From positions 64,001-128,000 of the forward strand of contig CAWDOY010000014.1 of NCBI GenBank assembly GCA_963803975.1: a DNA stretch of 64,000 nucleotides. The letters run 5' to 3'. The notes beneath the pieces are model-generated. The model was not told the origin of the DNA and ran no database searches. It saw nothing but the letters and a program-made list of their open reading frames with translations. A program made the translations under genes and the position numbers. This stretch comes from an uncultured delta proteobacterium. GTDB lineage: Bacteria > Desulfobacterota > WTBG01 > CAIYCZ01. Shown here in pieces: positions 63,804 to 64,000 of this stretch (its first letter is position 1; every line of letters begins with the position of its first letter).

Positions 63804-64000
63804 ATGAGCGGCAAAGTAATCTGTGTAGCAAACCAAAAAGGAGGGGTGGGAAAGACCACAACAGCCATAAATCTGGGCACCTCTCTGGCGCTAAAGGGCA
63901 AACACATTCTCCTCCTTGATATTGATCCCCAGGGCAATGCGGGCAGCGGCATAGGTTGCGGCAAAGAACAGATGCGGGAAAACATCTACCATGTCCTGGT
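63804..64000 (+). CDS. parA: ParA/Soj ATPase (3' truncated)
   Basis: [24 protein letters not shown]. Confidence 0.93.
   Translation, partial: MSGKVICVANQKGGVGKTTTAINLGTSLALKGKHILLLDIDPQGNAGSGIGCGKEQMRENIYHVL

Overview
Origin-proximal chromosomal segment of an anaerobic bacterium, probably Desulfobacterota/Deltaproteobacteria and possibly syntrophic (inferred from gene content). Left and centre: an almost unbroken minus-strand run (40741 to 4367): mreBCD-mrdA-rodA-dnaA-(oriC candidate)-dnaN-Na+-decarboxylase subunits-a complex I (nuo) cluster with a HydABC-type, probably electron-bifurcating input module-carD-PIN/TRAM-ispDF-vapBC-dedA-tRNA-Gln-AI-2E-gatCA-amidase. Between proC and rimO (about 44.6-54.7 kb) is a defence island. 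It holds a type I-like R-M system (HsdR plus a fused M-S protein whose two TRDs are garbled), two four-helix-bundle (Avd-like) genes each tied to its own short inverted tandem-repeat family that recurs inside the methylase gene, and toxin-antitoxin cassettes separated by duplicated copies of the rimO 3' end, with attC-like half sites but no integrase. Right end: rimO, PflX-like radical SAM, etfB-etfA-acyl-CoA dehydrogenase, small ORFs with a tandem NrdR-box promoter and a hairpin-rich spacer, rsmG containing a perfect parS, and parA. Five copies of a ~145 bp structured MITE-like repeat occur, four of them 2 nt after a stop codon. Many housekeeping genes carry single frameshifts, most simply explained as long-read indel errors. 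All calls come from reading the sequence; no database search was run.
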